Source of the DNA: Acidimicrobiia bacterium
Lineage (GTDB): Bacteria > Actinomycetota > Acidimicrobiia > Spongiisociales > ZC4RG35
Reading direction: 5' to 3'
Length of the DNA: 64,000 nucleotides
Assembly (NCBI GenBank): GCA_965203555.1
Contig: CBDBCY010000004.1
Coordinates: forward strand, 1,248,001 to 1,312,000
Shown here: positions 18,848 through 28,943 of the stretch, one piece after another
Layout: every line of letters starts with the position of its first letter
Position numbering within the stretch: position 1 is the stretch's first letter
Program-made: the position numbers and the translations under genes
Notes under the pieces: model-generated
Databases searched by the model: none
Told to the model about the DNA's origin: nothing
Seen by the model: only the letters and a program-made list of their open reading frames with translations

Positions 18848-21800
18848 TCCCCGACCACCAATGCCGCTGCCAGCAATCGAATGGAGAGGTCCGATGCTCT
18901 GCTTTCGATGTCCTGCACTCTGTGTCGCCGATCCTCTTCCAGTCCTGCCAGACGCCTTCGGTTCTTCGCCAACATGCCGCGCCGGGCCGGCAACACTCTC
19001 CTTTCCTGGGACGTACCGGTCTTTTCCTTCTCATCGATCCAAGCCCTCTCATCCCTGATCCTGTTCATCAAGCGAACCTTCTGATAGGTGTACATGCGCT
19101 CGGTTCTCTCCAATTCCTCCCGGCGCCATTTCTCTTGCAGTTCGAATACATGTTGGTCAGCCTCCAGCCTCTTGTCCGCGATCTTGCTCGCGCTTACATC
19201 GAAAGCCGCGCCCAGCCACTCGGGCGTTTCTCCCTCCATCCAGGCACCTCCCACCTGGGGCATCTCGGTAACCACTTCCTCTTCCACAGTCAGGTTTTTG
19301 CTCACCAGATGACGCACGAATACGCCGAAACGAGCCGGACCCTCGCCCTCCAGTGCATAGAACACTTCCAAGTAGGGACCTCCTTGCACTCCGCTGACCC
19401 GGCGGTGGCAGGCCAAAGGGCTGTGGGACTCCAATGGCATGCTCACTATTGCGTCGATCAGCCCGTGCCCGAAAGCAAAGAAGTCGAGATCCTCACGTTC
19501 CAGAGCCAATCGATAGTCGAAAACCCCTCGGTAAGACCGTTTGTCCCGTTTCAGGCGCCGCTGCAGCCCACCGGAGAGATAGATGCCAACCCCGCCCTTC
19601 TCATGATCCGTCATGTTTCCTCCGTAATACCGAAGAGTCATCCCCACATGGTTCGCCAGGTCGGAGAACTCAGCCATAACGCGTTTTTCCACCAATCGAT
19701 TGGCATGGTCTCTCCGGAAAGTGGACGGGTCCAGGGCAAAATATCTTCTTTCCTTTTCCAGCCTCCGAGACTCTTTGACTTTCTGCTCCCACTCCGAGGC
19801 GATGGCCTGGAAATCTTCCCGGCGATTCCCAGCTTTGCTCAATGCCATACGCTCGATCTCCTTACTTACATCGCCCAGAATGGGATCCAGCGGACCCACC
19901 GACTCCTCGAAGAGACCGATCCGATCCTCCAACACCTCCAGAATCCGCTCTTCCACTGTCCCCTGGCAGGCAAAGTTGTAGATCACCACCTCTCTTTTCT
20001 GGCCGATGCGGTCCAAGCGTCCGATCCGTTGCTCGACCTTCATCGGATTCCAAGGCAGGTCGTAGTTGAACATCACATGAGCGAACTGGAAGTTGCGTCC
20101 CTCCCCGCCAGCTTCGGTGGAGATCATGATCTGCGACCTGTCTCGGAATCGCCGCACAGTCTCGTCCTTGTGCTCCTGGCTCATGACACCGTTGAATATC
20201 TCCACTCCATATCCCTGGCTCTCGAGTGTCGCCTTCAAGAATGTCTGAGTGTCGAGAAACTGGGTGAAAACGAGGATCTTCTGATCCGGCTCTATCTCGT
20301 CTCGGAGAATACGCAGGAATTCTCTCGCTTTGGAGTCGCGAATCTTCCCCAGCCGGAACACAAGTTGTTCCAGCCGATCAATCTCAGCCCGCAGTTCCTC
20401 AGCCAATCCGGCGCGGGTTTCATGGTGATAGCGGTCTGCAACCGCGCTGAGTTCCCTGGGATCGGTCCAGTCATCGAGATCATCCTCGGTAGGACGGTTG
20501 TTTCCCCAGTCCGAGGCGGGCGACCCGAGCTTCTCGCGTAGTTTGGCGATGCGTTTGAGCAGGGCGCCGCGAATGGCGTTGGAACTGGAAGCCAGCATCT
20601 TCTGGTAGCTGACCATCACAAACCCAACCGCCTTGCGATCTTCTCTTTGCGCCAGGTCGTACTCGTCCCGGATGTAGTTGTTTACATCCTGATATATCCC
20701 GATCTCCTCGGGGAGCATTTCCACCCGCACCACTTGAGGACGGCGTTTGGTGAATCCTCCCACCTCGGACTTGCGGTTCCGGACCAGCGTCCTGCTAAGT
20801 GGGAACTCCCGCGACAAGTCTTCCAGGGCCCGTTCCCGGTGTTCTCTCCTGTCCAAGTCCAGGTCTTCCCCGCTCGGCAGTTGGATTTTGACGAACGACT
20901 GCGTTTCCCCTCGGTCAGAGGCGTTCACCTTCTCCCACTCCTGCAAGCACTTGGCTACCTTGGTGAGGTCGGGCAGCCATTGCCTGGCCGCCTCGTACTG
21001 TTCAAAGGACTCGAACAGACCGGGTTCCACCAACTCGATCAGGGAATACAGCTCAAATGGGTGGAGTTGCATCGGAGTGGCAGTGAGAAGCAACAGACCG
21101 TAGACTGTCTCCTTCAGTTCATCTGCCAGGCGATAGGCCTGGGTAGTAACTATCTTCTTGGTGCTCGGGAGGCTGCGGCGCACCTTGTGGGCCTCATCGA
21201 AAATCGCCATGTCCCAGCCTGCCTCCAGTATCTGCTGTGCCCGGTCGTTCCGCCGGGCCGTGTTCAAAGAACAGATGACATTGTCGTAAAGCCGCCACGG
21301 ATTCTCTCCACGTTTCTCCAAAGACTTGATCAAAGGACCATCCAAGACCTGGAATTCCTCGTTGAACTTGGAACTGAGTTCTTGACGCCACTGCCACTGG
21401 AGTGACGGAGGCACCACGATCAGCGCCCGCTCAACCATCTGCCGGGCGCGCAGTTCCTTGAGGATCATTCCGGCTTCTATGGTCTTGCCCAGCCCCACTT
21501 CGTCGGCCAAGATCATGCGGGGCCGGGTTTTGGAAAGCACTCGAAGGGCAGTCATCACCTGGTGGAAGGCCGGCTCGATGCGGGCGCTGGACAATCCAGC
21601 CATATCGTCGTAGCGGTAAGCGTGCTGCAGGTAGAGCGCCTGTATGGCAAGCCCGTATACCTCGGCTCTGCCGAGATCGTTCCGCAGCAGAGCCTGTTGC
21701 GGGTTTTCCGACACAGGTTGTAATGCTGTGCCATCCAGATAGAGGGTGCCGGTGGCAAAAGAAACCTCGTAGCCGAGGGGACTGCCGGCGCCAACAACCA

Positions 21801-21873
21801 CGCCTGTTTCTCCCCCGGCGACTCTCATCACCCGATCACCCACATGGAAGGTTTTCGACTCCGGTTTTGTCAT
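18844..21873 (-). CDS. SNF2-family helicase/translocase with RapA/HepA-like architecture
   Basis: LADEVGLGKTIEAG, QWRQEL, DEAH, LLTATP, LVFTQF, STEAGGEGRNFQ, YDLPWNPMKVEQRIGRLDRIGQ. Start taken as ATG 21873. Confidence 0.93.
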   Translation of the reverse strand: MTKPESKTFHVGDRVMRVAGGETGVVVGAGSPLGYEVSFATGTLYLDGTALQPVSENPQQALLRNDLGRAEVYGLAIQALYLQHAYRYDDMAGLSSARIEPAFHQVMTALRVLSKTRPRMILADEVGLGKTIEAGMILKELRARQMVERALIVVPPSLQWQWRQELSSKFNEEFQVLDGPLIKSLEKRGENPWRLYDNVICSLNTARRNDRAQQILEAGWDMAIFDEAHKVRRSLPSTKKIVTTQAYRLADELKETVYGLLLLTATPMQLHPFELYSLIELVEPGLFESFEQYEAARQWLPDLTKVAKCLQEWEKVNASDRGETQSFVKIQLPSGEDLDLDRREHRERALEDLSREFPLSRTLVRNRKSEVGGFTKRRPQVVRVEMLPEEIGIYQDVNNYIRDEYDLAQREDRKAVGFVMVSYQKMLASSSNAIRGALLKRIAKLREKLGSPASDWGNNRPTEDDLDDWTDPRELSAVADRYHHETRAGLAEELRAEIDRLEQLVFRLGKIRDSKAREFLRILRDEIEPDQKILVFTQFLDTQTFLKATLESQGYGVEIFNGVMSQEHKDETVRRFRDRSQIMISTEAGGEGRNFQFAHVMFNYDLPWNPMKVEQRIGRLDRIGQKREVVIYNFACQGTVEERILEVLEDRIGLFEESVGPLDPILGDVSKEIERMALSKAGNRREDFQAIASEWEQKVKESRRLEKERRYFALDPSTFRRDHANRLVEKRVMAEFSDLANHVGMTLRYYGGNMTDHEKGGVGIYLSGGLQRRLKRDKRSYRGVFDYRLALEREDLDFFAFGHGLIDAIVSMPLESHSPLACHRRVSGVQGGPYLEVFYALEGEGPARFGVFVRHLVSKNLTVEEEVVTEMPQVGGAWMEGETPEWLGAAFDVSASKIADKRLEADQHVFELQEKWRREELERTERMYTYQKVRLMNRIRDERAWIDEKEKTGTSQERRVLPARRGMLAKNRRRLAGLEEDRRHRVQDIESRASDLSIRLLAAALVVGE

Positions 21874-21884
21874 TTGGTATCGCG

Positions 21885-21907
21885 AGGTTACAACGACAGG
21901 TGTGACA
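21885..21907 (-). promoter_or_regulatory. PafBC-type promoter candidate TGTCAC-ACCTGTCGTTG-TAACCT (N11)
   Basis: TGTCACACC core as in the other copies; the -10 box lies 11 nt upstream of ATG 21873. Confidence 0.55.
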
Positions 21908-21990
21908 CTTGAGGACGGCCGCCCTGTCATCGGGCAGTTCTCGCCGTCGAATTTGCCTGCTCTACAGAGGGATCTCCCGCCCGGGTTCTA

Positions 21991-22713
21991 TCAGCCCGAA
22001 GATTCCACTCCCAGGAGCCGTCGCTGCGCCTCGGGGTCGTTGAGGAGTTGGTCGGGTTCCATCTCGGCGGCTATTCGCCCTGAGACCATCACCAAGTGGC
22101 GTTGGGCGATCTCCGACGCCACTCCCAGGTTCTGTTCGACCAGCAGGACCGCGTGTCCCTCTTCCACCAGTGTCCGGCAGGTGTCGATCAACTGCTCTAT
22201 GATGGTGGGCGCCAGTCCCTCGGACGGCTCGTCCATGATCAAAAGCGGCGCATTGAGCAGAAGCGCGCGGCCGATGGCCAGCATCTGCTGCTCCCCTCCG
22301 GAGAGTCTCGTCCCCTTCACGTTTTTGCGCTCCACCAAGCGGGGGAAGAGGTCGTACACCGCACTTGGAGTCCACCGTTGACCCTTGGTGCCCTTGGCTA
22401 GCATCATCAAATGCTCGTCAACGCTCAGCGAGGCGAACAGCCGGCGGCCCTGGGGAACATACCCGATGCCGCGTTCTGCGATGTGGTGGGGCTTTCTCCC
22501 GGTCAGTTCGTGACCGGCCAGGCGAATCGAGCCGGAACGGGCCGCCACCAGTCCCATGATGGTGCGGCACAAGGTGGTCTTCCCCATGCCGTTGCGACCG
22601 ACCACCGCTACGGCTTCGGCGCCCACCTGGAAGGAGACGCCGTGGAGGACCTGTGCAGCCCCGTACCCGGAAACGAGGTTCTCGACTTCCAGAAGGGGTC
22701 TGCTATCAGCCAT
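21991..22713 (-). CDS. Branched-chain-amino-acid-type ABC ATPase (LivF-like)
   Basis: GRNGMGKTT, YVPQGRRLF, LSGGEQQMLAIGRAL, DEPSEGLAP. Confidence 0.93.
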   Translation of the reverse strand: MADSRPLLEVENLVSGYGAAQVLHGVSFQVGAEAVAVVGRNGMGKTTLCRTIMGLVAARSGSIRLAGHELTGRKPHHIAERGIGYVPQGRRLFASLSVDEHLMMLAKGTKGQRWTPSAVYDLFPRLVERKNVKGTRLSGGEQQMLAIGRALLLNAPLLIMDEPSEGLAPTIIEQLIDTCRTLVEEGHAVLLVEQNLGVASEIAQRHLVMVSGRIAAEMEPDQLLNDPEAQRRLLGVESSG

Positions 22714-22719
22714 TTTCGT

Positions 22720-23475
22720 CTATCTCCGACCCAGATAGATATCGTGAACAAGCTGGTTGGCGCGAATCTCATCCGGGGTGCCTTCGGCCACTGTCAATCC
22801 CTCGTGCATCACCACCACCCGCTCGGCGACTTCCAGCGCCACGTCCATGTCATGTTCGATAAGCATCAACGTGATGCTGCGATCCAGCGCCAGCAGCAAC
22901 TCGGTGAGCCGCTCCCGCTCGGCACTCGACAGACCGGATGCCGGTTCGTCAAGCAACAGCAACGAAGGATCGGTGACCATGGCCATGGCAACCTCCAACT
23001 GACGTTGCTCGCCGTGGGAGAGATCTGCCACCATGGATCCCAGCTTGTCATCGAGCCAGACTTCGGCCGCCGCCTGCTGGGCGTGTTGCCGGTAGCCCTC
23101 ATCCGATCCCTTGTGAAACATCCGAAGACGTCCCCCGCCTTTGCCCGCAGCCGCCACAAACAGATTGTCCGCCACGGTCAGACCCCCGAAGAGCCGGGTT
23201 TGCTGGTAGGTCCTGGCCACTCCGAGGCCGGGCCGTACCCGGGACGGAGCGGTGCTCACATCCAGGTCACCAATGACGACCTGGCCTTCGGTGGGAGCGA
23301 AGTCACCGGAGATCACGTTGAACAGGGTGGTCTTTCCCGCCCCGTTCGGTCCGAGAATTCCCAGGCGCTCGCCCTGCGTGACGTCCAAGTCAACGCCACG
23401 CAGGGCATGCACGCCTCCAACGATCACCTCAATCCCGCGCAGTCGCAGGATCGGAGTTCCGTTGGTCTCGTTCAT
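22720..23475 (-). CDS. Branched-chain-amino-acid-type ABC ATPase (LivG-like)
   Basis: GPNGAGKTTLFN, LSHGEQRQLE, LLDEPASGL, IEHDM. Confidence 0.93.
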   Translation of the reverse strand: MNETNGTPILRLRGIEVIVGGVHALRGVDLDVTQGERLGILGPNGAGKTTLFNVISGDFAPTEGQVVIGDLDVSTAPSRVRPGLGVARTYQQTRLFGGLTVADNLFVAAAGKGGGRLRMFHKGSDEGYRQHAQQAAAEVWLDDKLGSMVADLSHGEQRQLEVAMAMVTDPSLLLLDEPASGLSSAERERLTELLLALDRSITLMLIEHDMDVALEVAERVVVMHEGLTVAEGTPDEIRANQLVHDIYLGRR

Positions 23476-23504
23476 GTTCTTACTCGGTCAGTTCCTTCCT
23501 CGTC

Positions 23505-25007
23505 CTAGCTCTGGGGAACGCCGTCGACCACCGGAATCGAGTTGCCGATCCAGGGCAGGTCACGCTCCTCACAGGTGGGAACCTCACGCCCGGGCGGGTC
23601 GATGTCCGGAGTGAAAGCGCCGCCGAAGCTCTGATCCACACCGGGGATCACCGCAACGGTGGTCAACCCGAGCGAACCGTCGTCGTTGGCGACGATCTGG
23701 CGGACATAGGAGTCCACGATCGCCTGGCGGTTGCTGTCCAAGGAGATCGGACCGTAGGGGCCTTCGACGGTCAAGCCACCGAGTGCCGCCTGCAGAGCCT
23801 GATGATCATCGGAGATGTCTCCGCCGACCTGCTCCAGTGCCTGGATGAGCGCCTTGGCGGCCACGAAGTAGTTCACCAGGAATCCGGAGTGGGCCTGGAG
23901 GGCTGCGGGCGTCATGTTTCCACCGGGATCGGGGAAATCATCGAAGTGACGATCCAGGATGGCGGTGTGCTCGCCAACCGAGTCCAGGGCGAGGTCGGCA
24001 GCAGTGCCGAATCCGCCGACATAGGCGCCGGCCATGCCAGGATCGAACGCTCCGACCGCGAACTCCCAGAACAAGTTACCCATGTGTTGCTCAGGGTTGA
24101 GTTCACCCTTGGCGTCCTCGAAGGCCTTGAGCGAGGGGATGGTTCCGGTTCCGCCGACCACCCAGAAGTACCCGTCGACCTCATCGGGGTCGGGGAGCTG
24201 GGCGGCGAACGACGAATAGTCGGTGGTGTTGAGCGGCGGGAAGACCCGCGAGGTCACATCACCGCCGGCCGCGCAGAACTCGGCGATAAAGCCGGCCGCG
24301 GAGGTCCAGCCGAAGCTGTAGTCGTCCATGACCACGGCCGCGGTCTCCCATCCGAGCACGTTCTTGGCGTAGTCGCCGGTACCGGCGTTCCACTGAGCTC
24401 CGTCACCGTTGTACCGGAAGAAGTTGGGAGCCTGGACGTGCATAGTGGTGTCCAGGGCGCCAGCCGTTCCGTTGATGAAGGTCTGGGTGGGATGGTCCTT
24501 GGCGTAGTTGGCCACCGCGATGGACTCGTCACCCGACAGCGGGCCGATCATGATGTCGGCGCCGATCTGCTCCATCAGGCGGCGGGTCTCTTCGATGGCC
24601 TTATCAGCGGTGTCGTCGGCACAACCGATACCCACCAACTCGACGGGGACCCCGGCAACCGAGGCGCCGGTGAAGCCGTCGGTCGGCTTATTGGGATTGG
24701 TGACGGTAGCGCCTGCAAACTCGGCGAACGCCGCGACGACGCCGGCCAGGTCCTGGTCGTGGAAACCTCCGAACGCTCCTTCGCAGTCGGACAGCACGGC
24801 CAGGTTGATGACCTCGGTGCCCATCATCTCCTCTTCCATCTCCTCCTCCGGCTCAGGGGCGGCCGCAGTGGTGGTGGGAGCGGCGGTGGTAGTGGGAGCG
24901 GCGGTGGTAGTGGCAGTCTCCTCCTCGCCTCCGCAGGCGGCGGCGATCAGAGCAATAACAGCTGCCAGTATCGCCAGCCTCATTACTTTTGACTTACGAA
25001 AAGACAT
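23505..25007 (-). CDS. ABC substrate-binding lipoprotein (Liv/type I PBP)
   Basis: Lipobox IAAAC, TTTAAP linker repeats, GPLSGDE, DDYSFG; ABC operon context. Confidence 0.88.
   Translation of the reverse strand: MSFRKSKVMRLAILAAVIALIAAACGGEEETATTTAAPTTTAAPTTTAAAPEPEEEMEEEMMGTEVINLAVLSDCEGAFGGFHDQDLAGVVAAFAEFAGATVTNPNKPTDGFTGASVAGVPVELVGIGCADDTADKAIEETRRLMEQIGADIMIGPLSGDESIAVANYAKDHPTQTFINGTAGALDTTMHVQAPNFFRYNGDGAQWNAGTGDYAKNVLGWETAAVVMDDYSFGWTSAAGFIAEFCAAGGDVTSRVFPPLNTTDYSSFAAQLPDPDEVDGYFWVVGGTGTIPSLKAFEDAKGELNPEQHMGNLFWEFAVGAFDPGMAGAYVGGFGTAADLALDSVGEHTAILDRHFDDFPDPGGNMTPAALQAHSGFLVNYFVAAKALIQALEQVGGDISDDHQALQAALGGLTVEGPYGPISLDSNRQAIVDSYVRQIVANDDGSLGLTTVAVIPGVDQSFGGAFTPDIDPPGREVPTCEERDLPWIGNSIPVVDGVPQS
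24860..24916 (-). repeat. 18-bp coding tandem repeat (TTTAAP x about 3) in the lipoprotein linker
   Basis: GTGGGAGCGGCGGTGGT repeated on + with period 18. Confidence 0.8.
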
Positions 25008-25033
25008 TCTTTCTCCTTTCTTATCTTTCTATT

Positions 25034-26122
25034 TCAACCAGTTGTGGTCGTTTCCTGTGGTTCCCCGAGCTTATCCCCGGGGGGTTCCCGACCGGAGGCC
25101 GGGCGGAAGATGCGTTTCAATAGCTTTCCGAAACTGCTTCCCAGTCCCATGAGACCGTCGGGGGAAGCCAGTACGATCACCAAAAAGATCACACCCACCA
25201 GGGTGTTGAACCGATCCTCGGTGATCCCGATCTTGTCGACCAACGGCACCGATCTGACGTAGTTGTTCACCACCACATAGATGAACGCTCCCACCCAGGC
25301 GCCCTCCAGCCGGTTCATGCCGCCGATGACCGCGATTATCAAAAGAGCCAGTATCTCTCCGATTCCTATCGAAGCAGGATCGATCTGGCGGTTCCACCAC
25401 ACGTTGAGCACCCCTGCCAGAGATGCGACGAACCCACCCAGCACGAAGGCAAGAGCGCGGTGCATAACCAGGTTGTATCCCAAGGCGCTCATCCTCACCG
25501 GGTCATCGCGAATTCCCTGCAGCGCCAGGCCGAAGGGAGTTCGGGTGACATAGCGCAGCAGCATGTAACTGAATACCGATACAGCCAGTGCCGCGTAGTA
25601 CAGGCTTACCGGATGTTCCCCCGGTTCCCCGATGAAGTCGGGCGCCACGATCTGATTGATGCCGCCAAAGCCCGAGAAGGTAGTGACCTGCCCGAAGAAG
25701 TAAAACCCGATCACACCGAAAGTGAGCGTGATCATCAAGTAATACAGACCCGTCGAGCGGCTCGCCACCAGACCAAGGATGAACGCCAGCACTGTTGTGA
25801 AAACGATTCCGATCGCCACCCCCACCCAGGGATTGAGGCCCAGGTTCAGTCCTTTGCTCCCCCCCTGCGTGACGGCATTCCCGATCGCGAAGCCTGCGAA
25901 CCCGTACATGAGAGTCTGGGCCAGGGAGATCATCCCCCCGTAGGCGGCCAGGAAAATCAGACTGGCGGCGGCGATTCCCAGCCAAAGAGTCTGGGTGAGG
26001 ACAAAGCTGACAAAGAAAGTGGTGGAGAAGGCCGGCGCCAATATCAACACGACTAGGACAACCAACAGCATTGCTCGTTCGGGGGTGAACTTGATCAAAC
26101 GAGAGGGTGATCGCAAGGTCAT
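25034..26122 (-). CDS. ABC permease (LivM-like)
   Basis: GMISLAQ, YYLMITLTFG, TPFGLALQGIRDD, VIGG; ATG 26122 overlaps the upstream stop. Confidence 0.9.
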   Translation of the reverse strand: MTLRSPSRLIKFTPERAMLLVVLVVLILAPAFSTTFFVSFVLTQTLWLGIAAASLIFLAAYGGMISLAQTLMYGFAGFAIGNAVTQGGSKGLNLGLNPWVGVAIGIVFTTVLAFILGLVASRSTGLYYLMITLTFGVIGFYFFGQVTTFSGFGGINQIVAPDFIGEPGEHPVSLYYAALAVSVFSYMLLRYVTRTPFGLALQGIRDDPVRMSALGYNLVMHRALAFVLGGFVASLAGVLNVWWNRQIDPASIGIGEILALLIIAVIGGMNRLEGAWVGAFIYVVVNNYVRSVPLVDKIGITEDRFNTLVGVIFLVIVLASPDGLMGLGSSFGKLLKRIFRPASGREPPGDKLGEPQETTTTG

Positions 26123-27180
26123 TCCGGCCGTCCGAACAAACCATAGGGCCGCCATGCCAGGACCGCGGCCAGCAGCACGAAGGTGAAGATCACCGAATAG
26201 TGCGTGAAATCAGCAGGCAGGTAGGCGGGAGCGAAAGCGGTGACCAGACCCAGAAGTAAAGAACCGGCCATAGCGCCCACCAGCGAGCCCATTCCACCCA
26301 CGATCACCACGATGATCGAGTTGAGCAACCATTGACCGTCCACTCCGGGCGCCAGGCTGGCGAAGGATCCTCCCATCACACCTCCGATCCCAGCCAGGGC
26401 CGACCCCACCAGAAAGGCCAGGGCGAACACCACTTGCACGTTGATCCCCAGCGCCTGCACCATGGCAGTGTCGTCAACACCGGCACGAATCACCATTCCG
26501 GTGCGGGTCTTGTGCAACCACAACCACAGGGCCACGCCCACCACTATGGCGGTGAACAGCATGAACAGCCGCGGCACCGAATACCGGAAGTCGAACACGA
26601 TCAGGAAGTGATCCAAGAGGGCCGGCCACCTGATGTCCTTGGCGAGACCGCCGAAGTGCGTCAGCATCTGGTCGGCCAGGATCACGGAGATGGCAATGGT
26701 GATCAGGGTCTCGCGCATGTCCTGTCCCTGAAACCACCGCAGGAAAACCTGCTGGGTGATCAATCCGATGATGCCCGCCACCGCCGCCGCCAGGGCGAGG
26801 GGGACCAACCATCTGAGAGCGCTCACCTCCGAACTGGAGATATTCCCGCTCTTTCCCACCATGAACCTCTGGAACTCCAGAGCCACATACCCGCCCAGCA
26901 GGAAGAAGGACCCATGAGCCAGGTTCACCACCCTCATCAGGCCGAAAATCAGAGTGAACCCGGCCGCCACGATGAAATAGAGCCCGGCGATTGTGAGGGC
27001 GTTGAGCAGCGTCGAGAGGAAGTCTCTCGGCTCGTGTATCAACGGCCCGGCCGGGGTGCCGGTTGCCAGAACCAGCACCCAGGCTGCGATCAGGGCCAGC
27101 AGAAGCAGGCCGATGCCAAGACCCACCCACTGCAGGGGGGATCTTTGCTTCGAGCTGCGCGTTGAGGCCCTGGTAACCAA
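26119..27180 (-). CDS. ABC permease (LivH-like)
   Basis: GFTLIFGLMRVVNLAHG, TRTGMVIRA, ALGINV, IVGGMGS, RPYGLFG. Confidence 0.92.
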   Translation of the reverse strand: MVTRASTRSSKQRSPLQWVGLGIGLLLLALIAAWVLVLATGTPAGPLIHEPRDFLSTLLNALTIAGLYFIVAAGFTLIFGLMRVVNLAHGSFFLLGGYVALEFQRFMVGKSGNISSSEVSALRWLVPLALAAAVAGIIGLITQQVFLRWFQGQDMRETLITIAISVILADQMLTHFGGLAKDIRWPALLDHFLIVFDFRYSVPRLFMLFTAIVVGVALWLWLHKTRTGMVIRAGVDDTAMVQALGINVQVVFALAFLVGSALAGIGGVMGGSFASLAPGVDGQWLLNSIIVVIVGGMGSLVGAMAGSLLLGLVTAFAPAYLPADFTHYSVIFTFVLLAAVLAWRPYGLFGRPE

Positions 27181-27185
27181 GCGAC

Positions 27186-27800
27186 TCAGCCGAGAGCCGA
27201 TATCACCGCATCCACATTGGTTACGGTCGACACGTTCTGAAGGGCATAGTTGATCGAAGCGTTGTGCCAGTCGGCATTCATGGTCGAGCAGCCATCTTCG
27301 GGGACGACCATGTAATAGCCCTTGTCGGCGCCGGTACGCGCCGTGTGCTCCACCGACATGTTGGTCCAGGCGCCGGTCACGATCACGGTGTCACGGCCCA
27401 AGCCCCTGAGCAGCGACTCCATCCTGGTTCCCTGCCAGGCGCTCATCCGCATCTTCTCGACGATCAGGTCGCCTTCCTGGGGCTCCAGGCCCTCGGCGGG
27501 CGCCGCTCCCCAACTTCCTCTCACCAAGCCGTTGGTACCCACCACGCCTTCGAACAGGGGGGCGTTGAGCTTGAGACCCGGAGCGCCTTCTTCGACTATG
27601 TACCAGACATGCATGACCGGCACGCCCTTGGCCCGGCAGACGTCGGCCAACCTCATAACGTTGGCCACCACGTTCTGCTCCCGGGCGTGATCGGGAGACC
27701 CGGTCTCCGCGAAAGCGCCCCCGTCGATCATCACGTCGTTCTGCAGATCCTGGATGACCAGCGCGCAACGGCTGGCATCCAGGGTGAAATCATCGCTCAT
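27186..27800 (-). CDS. Isochorismatase-family cysteine hydrolase (amidase)
   Basis: ALVIQDLQND, VEKMRMSAW, TGAWTNMSVEHTAR (Ser at the usual catalytic Cys position), DGCS. Confidence 0.85.
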   Translation of the reverse strand: MSDDFTLDASRCALVIQDLQNDVMIDGGAFAETGSPDHAREQNVVANVMRLADVCRAKGVPVMHVWYIVEEGAPGLKLNAPLFEGVVGTNGLVRGSWGAAPAEGLEPQEGDLIVEKMRMSAWQGTRMESLLRGLGRDTVIVTGAWTNMSVEHTARTGADKGYYMVVPEDGCSTMNADWHNASINYALQNVSTVTNVDAVISALG

Positions 27801-27872
27801 GTTCCTATTCCTTTCCTCTTTCGCAAACCTCTCAGCCCTTCCCACAGGGTGGCTGACAGACCAAGACGGGGA

Positions 27873-28787
27873 TCAGGCCCGCATGTAGGGCTCTTCGTGA
27901 GCCCGGACCTTGGTGCGGACCGTGTACAGCGATGTCGACGACGGCATGTACAACGTGCGCCAATCGTCATCACCCCAGGTCAGATTCCCGACGTTCTCGG
28001 GCACTTGGACAGTTCCCAGGTGCTCACCAGCGGTATTGAACACCCAAACCCCGCCCGGGCCGGTCACCCAGATGTTGCCCATCTCGTCGCACTTCATACC
28101 GTCGGGAATGCCTTCCTCGATGACGCCGCTGCCGATGTTCTCCGCAAACCGCCGACCGTTGGAAAGGGTGCCGTCGTCATTGACGTCGTACACGTCAATC
28201 AACGCCCGGGGGGTGTCGTTGATGTACATCAGGGACTCGTCGGGCGAGAAGCACAGACCGTTGGGCATCTCGTACTCATTGCGATCCACCACCAACTCCA
28301 GTTCGCCACCGGGCGGGATACGGTAGACACCCTGGAATCCCAGATCACGGGGGCGCTCCAGGCCGAAGACCGGAAAGCGGCCGTACCAGGGATCGGAAAA
28401 GTAGATGGAGCCGTCGGAACCGACGCACACATCGTTGGGGCTGTTCAGTTCCTTCCCCTCGAAATGGGAGGCCAGCACCACCCGTTCACCGTCGGTCGTC
28501 TCCATGATCAACGACGAGGTGACATGCTCGCAGACGATCAGGTTGAGGTCGGCGTCGTAGGTCATGCCATTGCACTTGTTCGACGGGTTGGCAACCTCCA
28601 TCACGGTCCCGTCGGGGGTGTACTTGCGACGCACATCACCGGGCATGTCCGAGAACAACAGATACCCGTCCTTGGGATGCCAGATGGGACCTTCGGTGAA
28701 CATAAACCCTGTAGCGGCCTGTACCACTTCCTCTCCCGGATCGACCAACTCGAAAATCGCGTCAGAATTCGCTTCCACGGAACTCAT
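27873..28787 (-). CDS. SMP-30/gluconolactonase-family protein
   Basis: FTEGPIW, LNSPND, FSDP, PNGLCFSPDE, PDGMKCD. Confidence 0.92.
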   Translation of the reverse strand: MSSVEANSDAIFELVDPGEEVVQAATGFMFTEGPIWHPKDGYLLFSDMPGDVRRKYTPDGTVMEVANPSNKCNGMTYDADLNLIVCEHVTSSLIMETTDGERVVLASHFEGKELNSPNDVCVGSDGSIYFSDPWYGRFPVFGLERPRDLGFQGVYRIPPGGELELVVDRNEYEMPNGLCFSPDESLMYINDTPRALIDVYDVNDDGTLSNGRRFAENIGSGVIEEGIPDGMKCDEMGNIWVTGPGGVWVFNTAGEHLGTVQVPENVGNLTWGDDDWRTLYMPSSTSLYTVRTKVRAHEEPYMRA

Positions 28788-28943
28788 GTCGTTCCTCCTT
28801 TTAATATGCGGGCCCTGGCAAAGATGCTATCAAAATGCCAAGTCCCATGCCCTGCCAACACATGCTGCGCTAATGTTTACAAAAAATATAGCACCCATGC
28901 CGCAGCGTGGGTCCAAGAGCAAGTAAATGTAGATTGGAGCCAT

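Noticed and set aside
6977-21873. DISARM or another known R-M-like defence system (SNF2 helicase plus methyltransferases)
   Set aside because: No DrmA, DrmB (DUF1998) or DrmC (PLD) genes are visible, and the methyltransferases are 7-11 kb from the helicase in separate transcription units.
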